A stretch of 64,000 nt of DNA from the NCBI GenBank assembly GCA_002269645.1, contig NIVC01000393.1, forward strand, positions 1 to 64,000. Reading direction: 5' to 3'. Positions 59,411 through 64,000 of the stretch are shown piece by piece. Below the pieces are notes generated by a model. The model ran no database searches. It was not told where the DNA came from and was given only the letters and a program-made list of their open reading frames with translations. Position 1 is the stretch's first letter. Each line of letters starts with the position of its first letter. This DNA comes from Macrostomum lignano. Its lineage: Eukaryota. The translations under genes and the position numbers were made by a program.

Positions 59411-60140
59411 GTAGTTATGATTTTTATGACTCACTACAATAAAATTTTATTATCCTTGCTTTAAATAGTCAACACTTGCACTAGAAGTGTCATTCAAAGT
59501 GCTGTGTGTAGCAATATTATCTGAAGTACGAGTATATTCAATCACTTGCAATCTTAGAGAATTGCTGTGATAGCAACTGTATGTGTTGAATTCACTAATT
59601 TATGTTGCTCATATTTTTGGTCACACGAGAATGCCTTCCCGTTGGCGTGGCTGTTACATTGTTTTAAAGTATGGCTCCGTATCATTAGTTAGAAATGACT
59701 AGATCAGTCATTACTAACTGACGTTACGGAGTATCTTAAGACAATAACCAAATTCTCACATATGTATACGAAATATAAAACTTACTACCTATATAATACA
59801 TTCTTTATGTTTTTGTAGTTGTTTTTTAAGAGAATAACTGTGTATTAGAACTCCCACGACTCTCAACTACCTCATCTCTACTCTTTCTACTCACTCCCTT
59901 CACTATCATGTACCCTCTCCCATCTTCCGATGCACCCCATCTCTCATTTCTCTCCTCTCTCCTATTTCCCCAGTCACCCCATCTGTCACTTCTCTCCTCT
60001 CTCTTTTTCCTCATGCACGCACTTCTCTCCTATCTTTTCCCCTATCCCCTTCTATCTAAAAAGTAGCCTTAGGTAACTCAGAATCAATTCATTTACTATT
60101 ATTTATCTAATTTTCAATTTTCAATTAATCCAATTTTCAG

Positions 60141-60587
60141 ATGGGCAAAAGAAAAACAAATAAAAAAAGGCTTCCGGCCCTCCGGCTCCCGGCCGCCCCT
60201 CCCGCTGCTGCTCGGCCAGCAAACCCTCCGGCTCCGGCGCCTGACCCTCCCGGCCGCCAGGGGCCTACAACTCGCCGCTCCTATGCGGCTGTTGTAGGCT
60301 CCAGGCCGGCCGCTCCTGCCCCTCCAGCCCCTGCCCCACGCCTTCCCCCTCCCCCTGCTAGACCTCACCCTCCCGCCAACCCCGCGCTTAGGCCAGCCCC
60401 ATCCCCTCCAGTCCCTGACCCACGCCCTCCACCCCCCCCCCCTGCCGGGTCTAACCCTCCGCCCACCCCCCCCCTGCCGGGCTTCACCCTCCCGCCCAAC
60501 TCCGGCCGGCCCCACCTGCTAACGCCTTCCTTCCACCCCCTATCCATCGGGGTGGAAGGAAGTGGCGGAATTATAACAAAAATGTAA
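60141..60587 (+). other. Pro-rich ORF, possibly a LINE ORF1 N-terminus
   Basis: ATG start, basic KRKTNKKR, RSYAAVVG motif; otherwise low complexity. Confidence 0.25.
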
Positions 60588-60842
60588 GTTATTAAGTTAT
60601 CTCATCAGTATTTTATTATTTTTCTAGTTTTTATTCAATTCAATTACAACCAACAAAACCTTCAATATTTTTAGAGAGCCGCTGTTCGGCAGTTCCTGCA
60701 GCTGCAGCAGCAACTGCAGCTGCTGCAGCTGCAGGCGTACTGCAAAGGGTAGGTATTTAACTTATTACTTATACAGATCTAGAAATAACGATTTCTGATG
60801 GAGCTTTCCGAACCTTCGGAGCTTCGGAGCTTTTCGGAGCTC

Positions 60843-61260
60843 AGAGGTTCGGGATCTTAGAGGTTCGGGTTCTTAGAGGTTCGGGTTCTTAGAGGTTCGG
60901 GTTCTTAGAGGTTCGGGTTCTTAGAGGTTCGGGATCTTAGAGGTTCGGGTTCTTAGAAGTTCGGGTTCTCAGAGGTTCGGATTCTCAGAGGTTCGGGTTC
61001 TTAGAGGTTCGGGTTCTCAGAGGTTCGGGTTCTTAGAGGTTCGGGTTCTCAGAGGTTCGGGTTCTCAGAGGTTCGGGTTCTTAGAGGTTCGGGATCTCAG
61101 AGTTTCGGATTCTCAGAGGTTCGGGATCTTAGAGGTTCGGGATCTTAGAGGTTCGGGTTCTGTTTCGTGTTATCAGTTTAGGATTCACAGTTTCGGGTTC
61201 TCAGAGTTTTGGGATCTTAGAGGTTCGGGTTCTCAGAGGTCCGGGTTCTTAGAGTTTCAG
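60843..61260. repeat. 16-bp minisatellite AGAGGTTCGGGTTCTT
   Basis: Direct reading. Confidence 0.93.
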
Positions 61261-61619
61261 GTTCTGAGAGTTTCAGCATCTCAAAGTTTCGGGTTCGTAG
61301 AGCTCTCACAACCTTAATCACCCAAACTACAGCTTCTACAATAATGGCCCTAGAGGCGGCGGCGGCCCTCGCGGCGGCCCTGGGCGCGGCTCCGGCGGCT
61401 CTGGCGGCTCTAGTGGCGGCCAGCCAGTCCAATCCTAGTAAGTTGCCACACTACACAGGCTGTATTTCAACACAAGGCTGCATTACATATAATGTACATG
61501 TCCCACTTCTTTCCAACTGTGGCTTGCACCATCTGTACAGCACATACCAGATAGATAAAGGGATAGATACATACATAGAGATAGATAGATAGATAGATAG
61601 ATCTATCAGGGACGAAGAG

Positions 61620-62006
61620 ACACAGGGAATAGATTTGGGTTACTGAGAATAGATTTAAGACACTGAGAATAGATTTGGGACACAGAATAGACTTAACACA
61701 CTAAGAATAGATTAAGGACACTGAGAACGAATTTAAGACACTGAGAATAGATTCGGGATACTAAGAAAAGATTTGAGACACTGAGAATATATTTCGGACA
61801 TTGAGAATAGATTTAAGACACTAAGAATAGATTAAGGACACTGAGAATAGGTCCCGGACACTGAAAATAGATTTGGGATACTAAGAATAGATTTGGGACA
61901 CTGAGAATAGATTTGAGACACTGAGAATATATTTGGGACACTGAGAATAGATTTGGGACACAGAGAATAGATTTAAGACACTGAGAATAGATTAAGGACA
62001 CTGAGA
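61620..62006. repeat. 20-bp minisatellite GACACTGAGAATAGATTT(AA/GG)
   Basis: Direct reading. Confidence 0.9.
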
Positions 62007-62766
62007 AGGTCTGGAGGGCTGGTGACTTGATTCTTGTTTGAGAAGGTGTACAGATAAAGATTTTATGATGAAGATCTGCCGGGAAAATAGGAGTAAATAT
62101 GCAGTTGAATTAATTTGTGTTGAGGTTTAGCTCGTATTTAGCTTTCTATTCAAAAATCTTTAATTGCAAAACTTCTCAAAAACTACCTAGTAAGAATTAT
62201 AAAAAGTGAAAGTAAATTCTAAAAGTTTCTTGGGCAAGAAAACACTTATAATGTTAAGTTCACTTAAAACATACATACAGACAGACAAACAACGCTTTAA
62301 ACTCACTATATATAATGTTAGACGAATAAGTTTCAACGCTGACTTGGCTAGGAATCGTATCGAGAGACGGCCAGTGTTCCTTACACCCACCCCAAAACTG
62401 AGTACGTGGGCCTATGAAAATTCTTCCACGGACAGCCAGCCATTAAGCCAACCCCCACCCTCGATTAGTGGACCTCTGGCGTTTTGACTATCTACCACAC
62501 ACGGGGTAGGACAATTTACGAGCGTGTGGTTTTAATGACTTACCAGTTTAAGTCAAGGAGCGTATATATAGAGCTAGATTCTAGAAAGAACAAGTTGTTC
62601 CTACAATTGTTCCTCATTTTAAACGTCTGCATAGAATCAACGCGGTTACTTGCTTTTGTTAAATTCATCTTTACATATTGGTAAGTTCAAGGAATCGAAT
62701 AATTTTAAAGAGAAACTGCGCCTGCTTGAATAATTCTTAGTAAAATTCAGTTTTGCTGCAAGCGCA

Positions 62767-63372
62767 CAGTGGATAAATAATCAGCGGACCCAGTGCGTGA
62801 CAACGATTGTCTGGCGAGCGCCGGTAGGCGCGAGCCATAGACAAATCGTTGTCACGTGCTGCGACCGCTGATTCTTTGCATTGTTTTTCTGTTTGACGAT
62901 CCTACAGACAATGCATTGTTTGTAGTAATTGATTGTTCTGCACTAATAATGTGAATAATGATCGTCAAATTGCTAAACAATGTAAAGTTTTTCAATAAAA
63001 TAAATATATTAGGTGCTTTCGACGAGCGCCATTAGCGTGGGCGTCACGTGTTCACCCCCTTAAGCACCTCTAAGCAAGGGTATAGTGCCTTCTCCTTTAA
63101 GGACCCCAAAATGCCCCGGATGCCCCCTTTTTGGCGCCTCCTTGCACTACCAGTGCCATTGTTTAGCAATTTGACGATCATTATTCACATTTTTAGTGCA
63201 GAACAATCCATTACTACAAACAATGCATTGTCTGTAGGATCGTCAAACAGAAAAACAATGCAAAGAATCAGCGGTCGCAGCACGTGACAACGATTTGTCT
63301 ATGGCTCGCGCCTGCCGGCGCTCGCCAGACAATCGTTGTCACGCACTGGAATCGCTGATTATTTATCCATTG
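62767..63372. repeat. Foldback: 216-bp inverted arms (62767-62982 and 63157-63372) around a 174-bp spacer
   Basis: Arms are reverse complements with few mismatches; each arm contains an internal palindrome. Confidence 0.9.
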
Positions 63373-63501
63373 CATCGCCAGTGCCATTGTATCCTAGTGG
63401 CACTTCCTTGCACTTCTTTGGCCCTGGCTTAAATTGTGAATGCCGCTTGCACAAACAGCGGGTGGCATTTTGAACTTTAAAATTGTTCGATATCTATTCT
63501 A

Positions 63502-63720
63502 TCCTATATACTAAAAATGGTCTGTCTGTGTCTATCTACCTATCTATCTATCTATCTATCTATCTATGTGATCGATTAGAGAAAAAATGGCTGGACCGAT
63601 TTTGTTCAAACTTGCACTGTTCGATCAGAAATTTTCCCGTGACTGTACATGCATCGCGGCTAAGAAATTGCTCGATGCTAAAGGCATTAAATATTCGAAA
63701 AACATGCTTTTTTGCAAAGG
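63502..63720 (+). mobile_element. 5' end of a non-autonomous Helitron-like element
   Basis: A|TCCTATATACTAAAA, then TCTG/TCTA microsatellite, then AAAAATGGCTGGACCGATTTTGTTCAAACTTG; second copy inverted at about 31255-31412. Confidence 0.6.
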
Positions 63721-64000
63721 TCAAGCAAACTTTTCGACTTGAAATGCATTGTAAGAATGCTAGAGAAAAAACTGACTGGTTGAATTCTGGTTCTGAAATA
63801 GATTGCATCATCACTGAATTGTAACTCCGACTTGAATTGAAAATGCAGTGTGGAAGCGTAGCACCAGACTTGATTTAAATTGCGTAACCATATTGTTAAC
63901 TGATACTGACTGACTGAGAAACTGATTATGTCATAACTGCTTCGTGTGATTTACTCTATGCTTGGATTTTAAACTGTTGAATTATATAGGTGCAAAATTT

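Overview
Eukaryotic, probably invertebrate metazoan (inferred from GT-AG introns, satellites and the TE families present). The window is a repeat and transposon accumulation region with no intact host gene recognised. Main contents: (1) a Helitron2/Helentron-type Rep-helicase gene (OTU, DUF6570-like, HUH Rep, PIF1; about 166-6205) whose four frameshifts all sit in homopolymer runs, followed at once by a 5.4-kb 15/19-bp satellite with higher-order structure; (2) nested TE debris: hAT MITEs, an internally deleted IS630/Tc1-type element holding an RTE LINE fragment, non-autonomous Helitron ends, a THAP/P-like remnant, a piggyBac remnant and a probable solo LTR; (3) a decayed Polinton/Maverick-adintovirus-type family-B DNA polymerase (about 47950-52345) lying tail-to-tail with a divergent, intronless TBP-fold gene (52931-53428, minus strand, one internal stop); (4) a spliced canonical-Helitron PIF1 helicase 3' half (53439-55055); (5) many minisatellites. 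The best candidate for something undescribed is the PolB + TBP-like module with its upstream repeat-rich ORFs and 47-bp hairpin array. All family assignments come from motif recognition by eye; no searches were run.
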